Source of the DNA: Nageia nagi
Taxonomy: Eukaryota > Plantae > Pinophyta
Direction: 5' to 3'
Assembly: GCA_050084985.1 (NCBI GenBank)
Contig: JBITNC010000001.1
Location: 24,366,001-24,430,000, forward strand
Length of the DNA stretch: 64,000 bases
Of the stretch, positions 25,820 through 39,139 are shown one piece after another. The notes under the pieces are model-generated. The model saw only the letters and a list, made by a program, of their open reading frames with translations. It had not been told where the DNA came from and searched no databases. A program made the translations under genes and the position numbers. The first letter of the stretch is position 1. The number at the start of each line of letters is the position of its first letter.

Positions 25820-28480
25820 TATAAAAAGGTTTGAAATTTTGAATACGTATGGTGATGAGGATAATCATGAACCCAAAGGTGATGTTGTTAACTATGCTTT
25901 GTTAACTCGTATAGAAATTGAACCATTTAACTATGATCAAGCTTGCACTAATGATTTGTGGTTGAAGGCTATGGAGGAAGATATTTCTTCCATCAGCAAG
26001 AATGATACTTGGGCTTGTGGAGCTTCCCAAAGGCAAGAAGCATGTTGGGTGCGAATGGGTCTACATGACCAAATACAATGCTAATAGCAAAGGGCTTCAC
26101 CAAACGCTATGGCATCAATTATAAAGATACATTTGCTCCAGTAGCAAGACAAGAGACAATCTGATTGGTTCTTTCCATGGCTGCCCACAAAGGTTGGCTA
26201 GTGAATCATATGGATGTCAAAAGTGCATTCCTTAATGGCTATTTGTATGAAGAGGTCTATGTGCAACAAACCTCAAGGCTTTAAGATAGAAGGGAGTGAA
26301 TATCTTGTGTATAAGTTAAAAAAGGCCTTGCATGGCCTCAAACAAGCTCCAAAAGCTTGGTATGCAAGGATTGATGGTTACTTCCATCAATATGGTTTCA
26401 CAAGGAGTAAGAGTGAACCCACTCTCTAAATCATGAAGAAAGATCTAGATATCCTACTTGTGTGCTTGTATGTTCATGATTTAATCTATATGGGCAGTTG
26501 TGCACAATTGAATGATGATTTCAAGGCCTCTACGATGCAAGAATTTGAGATGAAAGATCTTGAACTGATGCACTATTTTCTTGGCATGGATGTAACTCAA
26601 AGCAAAGGTGAGATTTTCATTTGTCAATCCAAATATGCTCATGACATGTTAAAGAAGTATGGTATGGATGAATGCCAATCACTTCCCACTCCAATAGCTC
26701 ATGGCAAGCAATTATGTAGAGATGATGGTGTAGTAGCTAAATAATGCAATTAATGCAAATGGAGTTGATTAATGCATTATTGCTCTACTTTGTAAATATT
26801 GATAAATATATGGCAATAACATGTAGCAGGAATGTAGTAGTGTTTACTTAGATTCTATATTAATTTCGTTAATCATTAAATGCACAAAAGACAGAGCATA
26901 CATTCATGAACAAGTACGTCGTCGACGTCCTAGAATTGGCATGCCATCGGCACCGTAATAAGTGAAATTACAAACGCGAACAAGAATGTAGCGATGAGCG
27001 AATTAGCGAATAATCGAATTATCAACATACAAGCGAACTTACAGAATAATAGATACGCAATGTAGATAGATAAAGCAAGTTGCAATCCTTCAAATGATCT
27101 TCAATTGATAATCCTTATCTTAGCTTGAAATGATTATTTGCCCATGATTCGCTCATGATCTATAGGTCATCAAATGATGTCTTTATATATGATACAAGTT
27201 TACATGAATTTGATATTTTCACCCTTTGTACAATCCACAAGGGTCAAATACATGGCCTACACCTCTTTTATACATTTTTAATCCCTTTTTACATAATAAT
27301 CTGTTAAGGGATTAAAATGATTTATTAAATACATAAAGGTTCATTTTGAGGCATCTACAGATGGAACAACCAAAGTTGATGTAAACTTGTTTAGAAGCCT
27401 AGTTGGGAGCTTGATCTTTCTCACCAACACTAGGTCGGATATTGCTCATGCTATCTCACTTGTGTCAAGGTACATGAGTGATCCTACTGAAGAACACATG
27501 AGGGCAACTAAGAGGATTTTGAGGTATGTCAAAGGCACATCAAACTTTGGCATACACTACTACAAGCATGATGAAGTAAAACTTCGCGGCTATCGTGACT
27601 GATTGGGGGAGTAACTTGGACAATAGAAAGGCTACATCTTGACATTGTTTTAGCCTTGGTTCTAGACTCATCTCATGGAGTTCAAAGAAGCAAACCACTG
27701 TTGCACTTTCATCTACTGAAGCGGAGTCTATTGCAATCACAAGTGCTAGTGCCCAAGCATTATGGTTACGAAAAGTTTTGGAGGAACTTAATGAAAGAGA
27801 AAGTGGTCCTACTGTTTTGTTCTATGACAACCAAAGTGCCATCCAATTGGCACATAATCCATTCCATCACAGCAAATCCAAACATTTTGACCTAAAGTAT
27901 CACTTCATCCGGGGATATGGTGAAGGACATCATCAAATTGCGACATTGTAACACCCTGGACAATATTGCGGATATCTTCACCCAAGGAGTTGTTAAAACT
28001 TAGTTTTTGAAGCTGGGGAGCCTGTTAGCGAGTCCCCTCAGCATCAAGGAGAAAAATGTTAGAAACTTAGCTCGCTTCCCAAGGTTCAGGATTGAGTTTC
28101 CTGAGTTTTCCAGCTTTCTATTCACAGGTGCAGTATGCCTAGCAAACTGTTCCCCAGACGCAGTGCACCTAGGAGCTTGTTCCCCATGCACAATGCACCC
28201 CGCACCAAGCACAATGCGCCTATAAACAAAGCCTAGCAGGCAAATTTTAGCATGCGCGGGACTATGTTTTTTGTCTTCGTTTTTTAGACTAGATGTTGTT
28301 TTGGGTTGATATTTTGCCCAATTGTATCCTAGTATGATAGAATATATTTAGCCTATATTAGTTTACTTTTGGATGGGGTTGTAACAAGTTGTAATCATGC
28401 AACTTGAGTTTATATTTAGCACAATCTATTTTTGGGCTTGTCCAAAACCTATATATATAATGATTTTGTTTTTTAAATCA
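25820..28480 (+). mobile_element. 5'-truncated Ty1/copia element (RT-RNaseH pseudogene, PPT, 3' LTR ~28057-28480) nested in element E
   Basis: Copia RT motifs [57 protein letters not shown], and RNaseH SSTEAE, with frameshifts. Confidence 0.9.
26729..27359. mobile_element. Solo LTR H (631 bp) inserted in the copia RT
   Basis: TGTAG...CTACA termini with a perfect 5-bp TSD GATGG (26724-26728 and 27360-27364). Confidence 0.9.
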
Positions 28481-31136
28481 ATGAAAGTAGAATACTTCTC
28501 AGTTGTACCTCTTGATGTTGTCGGAATAGTGTTGGGAAGTTCATATTTGTTTGATAGGAATGCTATTTATCATAGCAAGAGAAAATAAATATCAGCTTGT
28601 AAAAGATGGTAAGCACTTTGTTGTGAAGCCTCATCAAAGCAAGAAAAAAACTCCTTTTGAGACAATGGGAGATAAGACCGTGATAAATACTTCAAGAAAG
28701 CTCACACTTGTGTCAACAAAACATCAAGAAAGAGACCAATTTAATCAGAATCTAGCAACAACATCAGAACTAAAGAAACGATAGATGGGGAGTGTAAGGT
28801 TCCATGGGATCTCACTCATCATTTGTACCTTTTGGAGGATCTCAATTATCATTCATTCCTGTTGGAGAGATTGTATCATGGAGTTCATGGATTGTTACAG
28901 CTTATCATCCATGAGGAGAAGAGTGGTATGGATCTTCATGGGGAATTATTGTTCCTTATCCTAATTATCTCTAAGCATTTGGAGACGAAATGCCTCTGCA
29001 TTGGGAAGGTGTGATCGAAAATTGGATTACTATATTAATTTTCCTAATGTATCCCTAAAAATAAAGTTGACATTTAAATTTGGTGTCATAATTCGGCAAG
29101 AAGAGGAACACCAACGGTCCATTTCTATCACAAATAGGCTGTCGTCCATTCCTAACATAGGAAAATGGAAGGTGAAACGGTTTTGTGCATTTTGGAGTTA
29201 CTTGGGAAGCTAAAGACTCAAGTGCAAATCAAGAGGCATCGGATTTCATTCAATAAAACTTCCTAGGGACTACATTCTTGATCATTGAACAAAATAGAAT
29301 GGAAATTGGGGAAATCTAGGAGATGGTAGTATGTTCTTGAGCTCTTGGAGGGAAATTGAGGAGAAGCCATTGAAGAACCAAACCAAAATCTTCTTGAGCC
29401 ACTTAGCGAGAGGTTTGAGAAGCCAAATCAAACTTCTTCAATCAAGTTCGAACTTGAGAAGCATCTTGAGGAGTATAGTGGAGGTATTGAAGAAGTGTTA
29501 CAGCAATTTAATAGGGAGATTTATGACTATAGGAGACAGTGTTCTCTTCCATTGACTTTATTGTAATGTTTCTTTTGGCCGAATTTATAAAAATGAGCTA
29601 TTTTAGACTGGATGTACTCTTGAATTGAGGGGAACCAATATAAACATTCGTGTTCATGTGTGCAATTTTCTGTTAATTTTATGCTAGTAGCAATCTTGTT
29701 TCAATAGTCAGAATTTGCAAACCAAATTTGAGCACTTAATTTTGCAAAAAACAAACTGCGAATAGTCCTTTACTAGGCAATTTAGGCCACCAATGGTCCT
29801 TTTCTGTCAGTAAAAATTAATAAAATTTCCACATTAAATTGTCATATATGTATGTGATGATCTCGTGAATAGCTTGACTTATTGAGATTTACATATCATG
29901 AATGTATGAATGCAAATCACCAAAAAGGTGCCACTCTAAATGCCTTGTCATCCACATTATGTCAAGACCCAAATGTACATGGGTATGAGGCAATTTAAGT
30001 AGTGTGTGTACCAGACTTAGGTTTCTTACCCAATTGAGACAGCAAAGCCTGCTAAAAAAAGACCATAAACATTGGATAGGTTGCAATTCTAGTGTTATGT
30101 TTTTGTGCTATTATCTTATGTATTGTTTTTTTATGAATATCATGGGTATGTGTCCCCCACCCTGTGGAAACTATCCCCGTCCCCTTGGTGTCCCTGATCC
30201 AAGGGAGCAACAAGGGAGATCTCTCCCTACCATCCATGGCCAGGCCCACCTAGACTCCACCGTTTTTGGACGGCCAAGGGATGCCAAGAGTTGTACCCAA
30301 GACAACTAGTCATACCTAGCAACAGTCTTTTTTTAGTTCAATCATGAGGCAAATTATTCTAGTAACCCCCTCATAGTTGCAAGTAAGATAATCTTTTAAA
30401 GTCTCTACTATCCACCTATTGGCTATGAAAAATTAGCTCGACTGTAACCAGACTATGACATGTTAGAACAACCATTATGATTTGAACCTCCCAAAGAGGA
30501 GCCAAAACTTAAACCATTGTGTTGTCCCCTTCTATCCCCACCTTGAAAAAGTTGTATAACCTTGATAAATATCTATCTTTCTTTTTTTTATGAAATCGCA
30601 CTTTTATATTACTTTAAAAAGAAGAAATGTAATACAAATATACAAAAAAAAGGTGGATGGGAAATCACACCCTCAAGAGTCTACACAATAGTAAAAAAAC
30701 CAAAACACTTAAGCAATATGCATGTAATCACAACATACCACGTGCAACAATATAAAGACAAGAGTTAACTAAGCAGCAGCAATGACAGAGCCAGAGGGAG
30801 GAGGTGGGTCATAGTGTGTGGGGCCTCCCCAACCAACCAATAGGAACATCCAAGGTGTTTGAGGGAGAATCCATCTCATGTTGGCACCATATCCAACAGA
30901 GTTAGCCTACTAGGTTTGGTTGTCATCCCATCTTGGAGAGATAGCAAGATTGAGGCAAGGGAACTTACCATTATTCTACCCACCCTATGACCCCAATCAA
31001 GAGGCTAGGGAAGGCAAGGTAGCGAGCCGTTCCAATGCCCATGTTGTCACTGAGGGTTAGAGCAAGGGGTTCATAATGCCTAGTTATAACGACGATAGCA
31101 CCCTTGGGACCAACTCCAACAAGCTGCCATTAACTT

Positions 31137-34100
31137 CTTTGATCTTATACCTGTCATCAACAAGCTGCCCATCAAATATATTAGTAGCAAAAACATTCTT
31201 AACATATTCAACCATTATTTGGGCCTTCCAATCAACATCAATGTTTGTAACAAAATGGAAAAAAGGGGTCCTAAAGAGTGCATCAATTGTTGTATTTTTC
31301 TTCCTCTTGACATACTCTATTTCAAAATCATATGCTTGTAATTTAGTGATCCATTTTTGTTGTCTATCACTCAATCACATTGTCCAAGAAAGTATTTAAA
31401 ACTGTTATGATAAGTTTTAACAATGAATTTGTTGTATATTAAATACTATCTGAATTTAGATAATGCATGTATTACTGCAAGCATTTCTTTATCATAAATG
31501 AAAAATATTCTTTCAACGGGACTGAGTTTTCTACGCTCAAATGATATGGACTGCCCTGTTTGCATCAAAACTGCACCTATCCCAAAACTAGTTGCATCAC
31601 ACTCTACCACAAAAGGTTTAGAAAAATCTAGAATGGCCAATATAAGACAAGAAATCATGACTGATTTTAATTTTCTGAACATTCATTTCTGATCATGCAA
31701 ACGCTCCCTTTTTTGTCAATTCAATCAAAGGAGCTGTTAATTGTGAAAACCCTTTCACAAATCTTCTATAAAAGCTACACAAACCCAAAAATCCCCTTGA
31801 TTCAGCCAATGAAGTGGGTGTGGGCCAATTCTGATTGGTTGCAATTTTTTCCTCATCTACATGTACACCCTTGCTGCTGATTTTATTTCCTAAATACAAA
31901 ATTTCTGACATTCCAAATTCACACTTAGACATTTTTGCAAAAAATTGTTGTTCCAAAATTGTTAAAACGGAATCTAAGTGTTCATTCCATGAATTGCTAT
32001 AAACAATTTATATCATCAAAAAAAACCAGCACATACCTCTTCAATTGAATCCTGAAAATATGGTTCATAACAGACTGAAAAGTGACAGTTGCATTTGTTA
32101 AACCAAATGGCATCACCAAAAATTCAAAGTTGCCAAAATGACATCTAAAAGCAGTCTTATGAACATCTTCATCTCTAACCTTAATATGATGATAACCTGA
32201 TCTCAAATCAATTTTTGAAAAGTAAATAGCTCCATGCAAATCATCAATCAACTCTAAATATAGGATATCTATTTTTGATAGTTTTCTTGTTCAACACCCT
32301 ATAATCTATACACATTCTTAGAGTTCCATCTTTTTTCTTTACTAGTACAACAGATGATGCAAAAGGAATAGAACATGGATGGATGTGTCCCATTTCAAGC
32401 AATTCCTTTTTTGTCTTTTCAATTTCATCTTTGTAAGCTCTAGGTGGTCAAATCCCCTATGGGGCGGCAAACCCTTAGGCAAGTCACCAAACACAATGCT
32501 ATGCCTATCCAAAATTGTCTGTATTTTAAGATGAAAAGTAACTCCATTTTTTGTAGAGGGTTTTGGCATACCTTTTAGCTTGAAAAATGTGGCTCCCCAT
32601 TGGACATCATGCATCTTGAGAATCTTTTCCATCTTATTGGCTGAAACTTGTTGTGGGTTATATTCTCTCATACCCTTCAAAGCAACCACTTGCCCATTGA
32701 CTTTGAATTTGAATTCCAAAGTCTTGTAATTGCAAAGAATATCACCCAAGGAATACAACCATTGCACGCCTAAAACAACATGGGGTATGCCTCCAATTGA
32801 AAAAACATAAAAATCATCAATTACAGAATATTTCCCAAAACTGATTTTTACCTTTCTTAGCACTTGCTCACAAATGGAAATCACACCATTAGCATTCTTC
32901 ACACCAAATCCAAAAAACGTTTATGCTATTAATCCTTTTTCCTTCACAAAATCAGCATCAATGAAGTTATGTGTGGCTCCTCCATCTATCAAAACTATAA
33001 CATTGGTATCTCCACGTTTACCTTGGACTTTGATGGTCATGAACTTAGACTCACCAGTGATGGTAACCAAAGTTTTATCATTTTCATCTTCCACAACATG
33101 AGATGGTTGATTTGAAAGCTGTCCTTCCTCACATTCAGCAAAATCAATCCCAAAATCAGAGTTATCAGCCTGAAAAATCAGAACCAGCAAAGGCAAAGGT
33201 TGGATGAGGCCATTAGGAGAGAATTGATGAGAAAGGGTTGAGCATATTTAGTCAACCTATCCACTACAACATAAATACAGTCTTTACCTTGGACTTTGGG
33301 CAAATTAGTGATAAGGTCCATGGACATGCTCTCTCACTTTTAATGCGAAACAGGCAAAGGCTGTAACAAACCAGCAAGATGAGTATGTTCAAATTTATTT
33401 TCTTGGCATGTCACACATTCTCTCACATGTTGCAGAACATCCTCCTTCAAACCTTTCCATGTGAACCTTTCCTTCAACAATCTTTAGGTCTTGTAGAAAT
33501 CAGGATAGCCAACCAAAGGTGCATCATGTAAAGTTGTCGTTAACTTCTTTTTCTTTTTTGAATCAGGAACTAAAAATATTCTATTTTTATAAAAAATCAG
33601 CCCATCCTTGATCTTATACATGTCATCAACAAGCTGCCCATCAAGTATGTTAGTAGCAAAAACATTTTTAACATATTCAGCCATCATTTGGGCCTTCCAA
33701 TCAACATTAATGATTGTAACAGAATGGAAAGAAGAGATCCTAGAGAGTGCATCAGCTGCTGTATTTTTCTTCCCCTTGACATACTCTATTTCAAAATCAT
33801 ATGCTTGTAATTTAGTGATCCATTTTTGTTGTCTGTCACTCAAATCACATTGTCCAAGAAAGTATTTAAGATTGTCATGATCAATCTTAACAATGAATTT
33901 GTTGCATACTAAATACTGTTTGAATTTAGATAATGAATGCATTACTGCAATCATTTCTTTATTATAAATGAAAAATATTCTTTCAATGGGACTAATTTTT
34001 CTACTCTCAAATGCTATGGGTTGCCCTTTTTGCATCAAAACTGCACCTATCCCAAAACCAGATGCATCACACTACCACAAAAGGTTTAGAAAAATCTAGA

Positions 34101-36324
34101 ATGGCCAATATAGGACAAGAAATCATGAATGATTTTAATTTTCTGAACGTTGATTCTACAATTTCTGACTATGCAAAAGCTCCCTTTTACATTGATGTGT
34201 AGCACTCCAAGGCTGTCTACAGAAAAAATGCAAACCCTTTCTCATCAATTCTCTCCTAGAGGCCTCATCCAACCTTTTCCTTTGCTGGTTCTAATTTTCA
34301 GAGGCTGATATCTCTGATGTTGGGATTGATTTTGCTGATTTTGGGGCTAGAACCTTTGATTTGGTTGCTGATTTGGCTTCCCCCATGATTGCCCACCTTG
34401 TTGGGGAACCCTAGATGATCAAGATTTGGTTTGTTGGCCAAATTTAGACTGTTGTCCCCATGTAAAAGATCTAGATCTGTTATTACTCATTGTTGGATCA
34501 AGATCTAATGCCTTATCTACAGCATCATTAAGTGTTGAGGATTTCAAAGCTCTCACCATACCTCTTAAAGGATCCATAAGACCATTTATAAAAAGATGGA
34601 CCACTCTATCATGTGCTAAATCAGGAACCATAAGAGAAAGTTTTTGAAACTCTTCAATATAATTCTCTACTGAATTTCTTTGCTTTAGTGCAGCCAACTC
34701 GCTAAAATAGCCATTATCTTCTTTCTTATCAAAACGCTCTAAAAGCCTTTTAGCAAACTCATCAAAAGAAGAAATGGTGCTATGACCTTTTGTGATAAGG
34801 CCATGATGCCACCAATCATAAGCTACACCATCTAAATGCAAAGATGCAAATTGAACTGCTGCTTCTTATACCATAGGGCTAAGTAAAAGATATGTTTGTA
34901 CCTTAAGTAACCAAGACCTAGTTGAAATTTTGTCATCTCCATCAACATAAGGAAGTTGCATCTTACCTAATTTGTGTAGCAAATCTCTTTTATGATCATT
35001 TCCATAAGAGCCACCATGAGATCTAGCTCCTCCATGCCTTTTTCCTATGATCTCCAAATACCATCAAAAGGAACAATGTCTTTGTATGCTTGAGGTTTGG
35101 CTGAATAACGCTGAAAAAGATGGTCAACTTCTTGATCAGTTACTTCTGAATCAACAACTTCAACCGATGGCTGAATAAACATGGGTTTTATTGGTTTCCA
35201 AAATCTAGAAACCCTAGCCATTACACTCCCATGAGTGTTACCTCCATAATTATTTCCACCATGTGTAAAACCTTCACCTTGAGTGACATTAGGGTTAGAA
35301 ACCACAATGTGGTGGGACTGTTGAAGATATTGAGGCCTTTGTGGGTGTAATGCCAAGTGCTCCAACCGCTCATTCATCAATTGTAGAGATTGATCCATTC
35401 TTGTCAAGATAGTTTTCAATGGACTTTTCTTCAATGCCACCACTAAAGAATCCTCCATGACTTTGGCAAATTTCTCCCCATCTGTAGGCTCTCTTGGCTG
35501 ATCCACTTCTTCATGGATCTCTACATGCTGATCTTCATGCCTATCGATGCCAAAAGGTGGAACTGAAGTCTCCTTCATAGGGTTAGGTTGTCTTTTCTTA
35601 TTCCGTAAATTATAATGATGTGTTGCTGCTCAACAACACCAACTCATAGGCTGGCAAAATCTTGTCTCTAATACCATAGAAATGTGACAACCAAGATATA
35701 TAGAAAATTTGCACAAAAAAAACCAACAAATATAGATCTGATTTTCTTATTTCATCCACAGAAAATTAACAAAACAGAATGCAACTGTTCTCAAATAGAG
35801 ATCTTACAAACCCAAATTCCGATTTGGTTATACACCAAAAAATCAGCAGATCTAATCCAAGTGTTGAATATGAATTATACAAAATATTTTCCAGCAATGC
35901 CCTAGCTGGATGTTGCCTACAAAAAAGCTAAAACAGCTGCCAAACTTAAGAAAAGGTCTTTTTAAGGCTGGACATTACACCTTGAGGGTGTAAACTCTCA
36001 GATCTAAACTCCAACAATGAATCTTCTTCAACAAATTGAGTACAAATGCAAACCCTGTGTGGATCTGCCTTAAGGAAACAAACTTAGGGTTTTAAGACTA
36101 AGTCTCCAAGAGGTTGGATCTCTTAGGGTTTCCCTCTTTGAAGGATTTTCAATCTTCAAAGGAATAGATTATTACTAGCCACAGCAATGATCTCAAAGAT
36201 AGAAAATCAAATATTATCCAAGCATGAGAGCAAATGAGCCTTTCTCTCATACATGTGATGTGTGTCTTATACAATAACTATGTATGTGATGTATACTAAA
36301 TTTGTAAGTGGTTGGATAGTTACA
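31137..36324 (-). mobile_element. Decayed, rearranged Ty3/gypsy element I (5' LTR ~36324-35683, PBS, gag, PR, RT, RNaseH, partial IN); 3' end lost
   Basis: PBS TGGTATTAGAG near 35676. Gag [40 protein letters not shown]...VMPFGLTNA...VFFDDI, RNaseH FVVECDA...YDKEMLA, integrase start VVVDRLTKYA. Confidence 0.9.
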
Positions 36325-39139
36325 TCAGTGGTAAACTAATTACAATTTAAAATGTCAATCATGTGCTTGTATCAAGGTGCAAATAAATAATCATTAGTAA
36401 AGCTCTCAGCACATCAAATTTGCAAGGCAATTCAACTTCTCAATTGAAAAGCATGTTTTTCCTTCGCCTTTCAACATTGATGGGAAAACATTATATTGCC
36501 CTCCAAATGACAGATTTATAAATAATTAAATTTCAAACAATAAAATTGCATTTTATGTATACATTTACAAACACAATATTAAGTTGTTTGAAGTACGAAA
36601 AAGAAAACGTATTTTAAAATTTCATGATGTGATACAATATCTATCCTAGAGGAAGTGGGCCTACATGCCAATGAATTGCATGCAAATATTGAGCCGCAAA
36701 AAGAGACCAAAACATTAATTATGTCCAAAGTATTTATAGATACTTCAAACTTATCATCATTCATATGTGATTCACCTTTGAAATCCTGTACTTTGCTGAA
36801 GTCAATGTTGATTTGCTAAGATGCTCCAAAGATTTGGTTTTTCTCCAAATAGACTACCTTTACCATCAAAGGATTCGAACTCAACAAACTCCACTTCAGA
36901 TTCTACTTTAGCAATTCGAAAGAGATGATCTATAGAGCCTTCATCCAGACCACTTGGGTTTCTCCGCCCCAATCATTGACACCCAAGTTAGATCACTATG
37001 CACAGCACTACCTTCAAATTGAGAGAGCATTGATCTCCCCTCCTAGTTACATCAACATATTGTCCCCCTTGGACAATTTCGAGTATGCTCTCACCAACTA
37101 AAGATTGAGTCTGACCACCACATAGCCTAGGATCTACGAGTTTGCCACCTCTACTTTCTTGAGACTGAATTCGAAGACCACTTTGCTTTCGATTCTCGGT
37201 TTACAAAGGGATTCATGGCCGATACCACTATCTATTCTAGGATTCTCACAATTCATTAGCTACATTCCTTCAATATACCCAAATCAACATTGCTTGGCTA
37301 TATACTTCTAAGAGATCTTCCTTCTTCGAAGGCGCCTTCTAACCCATGCCCAGCAACCAACAGAGGACCTACATATTACATCCTTCTTCCGACCCTCTTC
37401 TTCCAAGAGAGCTCATAGGAAACATCAAGATGAGCACTCACATCCCCTACATCGGAGCAAGAGACGTATCCAAGAACCTCAAGTTCCATTGAGGACTCAA
37501 CAAATCACATCCTTCTTTTCTTCCAGCAATGTTGCCACAGACACATCCCCCAGAGACCAACAGGATCCCTTCCCGAGATAGAGAGCATGATTCATGCTCC
37601 CAAGTACAGGATTGTTTCCCTCTAGCTAACTATGATATTGGTCCTCCCTCTCTTTAGGGTTTGGACCTTTTGTACGGATGCGTTTTCTTATATCACCTTT
37701 TTATGCTTTCTTTAGATGTTGCCTAGTAGGGGCTTTGCTGGCTTCACGAGCATGATTGTACTTATTAGTCCCATTGACCACTTTTGGTCACCGAGGACAT
37801 TAATATACTTTCTTTCACCTTCGTATTGATCTCATGTTGTTAACATATTTCTTATTTGATATCCTCTATGAAGCATAACAAAACAACCTCCCAGTTTCAC
37901 CTTGCATTATTCAATGTCATCAAGTGAAAAACCTCCGCAATAAAACTTTTCACGTATATATTCTAATCATTAACTCATTTCTAATTCTCTTCATCTTCAT
38001 AAGAATAACAATGAGAATCGAAAAGTTTTGTTGCATAAAATATTGCTAGATCCATAAACCCTTTGTTAAAACAATCAACCATTTTTTGAACAAATGTTTT
38101 ACTCAAGTTGATGCAATCATCTATCGTGCTCGATCAAGTGCAATATACTCAAATCTTAGCACATGCACATAAAACAAGTGAATTATCAACAAATACCACA
38201 TCTCCATATCTAGCATTTTTTAAAATGATGATATATGTCAACTCCTTGAACCAAAAACATTCTGAAAAATCTTTTATGAAATGATTAATCAGAATTTTCA
38301 TATATATTCCAAGTGATGTCAATATGATCTTCCTAAAACTTTACTTACAATTGATTAAGTTCAAATAAAACATTAAAAACTAGATTAATGCAAAATTGAA
38401 CTTGGATTATTGTTCCCATTCAATACATCTTGTTTCCATTTATGTCATAATGCTGGCATGATTTTAAAAAGTCTTTTCATGCCCTATCTTCTAGAAAGCC
38501 ATTGAAATGAATGAATCTCAAGTATTGCCAATTTATCCATTTAAAATAGATCCATTAAGCTTTTAATATCTCCATACCTTTTTGTTGATTTAACCAACTA
38601 TTCAGATTTCAAGTTTGCTAATCTTTCAATATAATGAAATTCTGCAAAACAATTTAAAACATTTGTTACAGCCAATGTCTCATGATGTGCGATACAATTG
38701 ATTGATGACAAATGAGACATATCACTAAGTATCTATGCACATAATCCAATATCAATATCTCTAATAACTGAAGTTCCATCTAAATCCCACCAACACACAA
38801 TCCATCATGAAATAATTGAAACTCCATCGGACCCAAATCTCACCATCTTTTATTTTGGTAACTCCATCTCCAATGGTAAATCATTTAATGAATCGCACAT
38901 AGATTGTTCTTTTCCATCATGAATTTTAATAATTATCAAAAATTTAATCAAAAAATTTAAAATATTGAGGAATGGAGATTTTTAAATTAATCTTATTTGC
39001 AACTTGATGTCAGGGACTTGATAGAAGTACAATATGTTGATGGAAAACCACACATAGATCTCCATTATCCGCTATATCAACCTCATGTAATATCTATCAT
39101 ATCTTTTGCTTAAAGTTGCAAATAAGATCACATGAAGAT

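Larger units (their letters stand above)
21547..29898 (+). mobile_element. Gypsy-type LTR element E (LTRs 21547-22443 and 29012-29898; gag and protease only) with nested insertions
   Basis: Two ~890-bp direct repeats TGATC...ATCA, PBS TGGTATTAGAG at 22446, PPT GGGAAGG near 29003. Gag LEGHALVWWEAY, zinc knuckle CSHCNKDGH (~25520), protease remnant VVPLDVVGIVLG (~28500). No matching TSD found. Confidence 0.85.

Noticed and set aside
30580-31136. Possible LINE 3' ends here and at 11700-12620 and 36820-37870
   Set aside because: Composition and A/T tails are suggestive, but I found no diagnostic motif or TSD.
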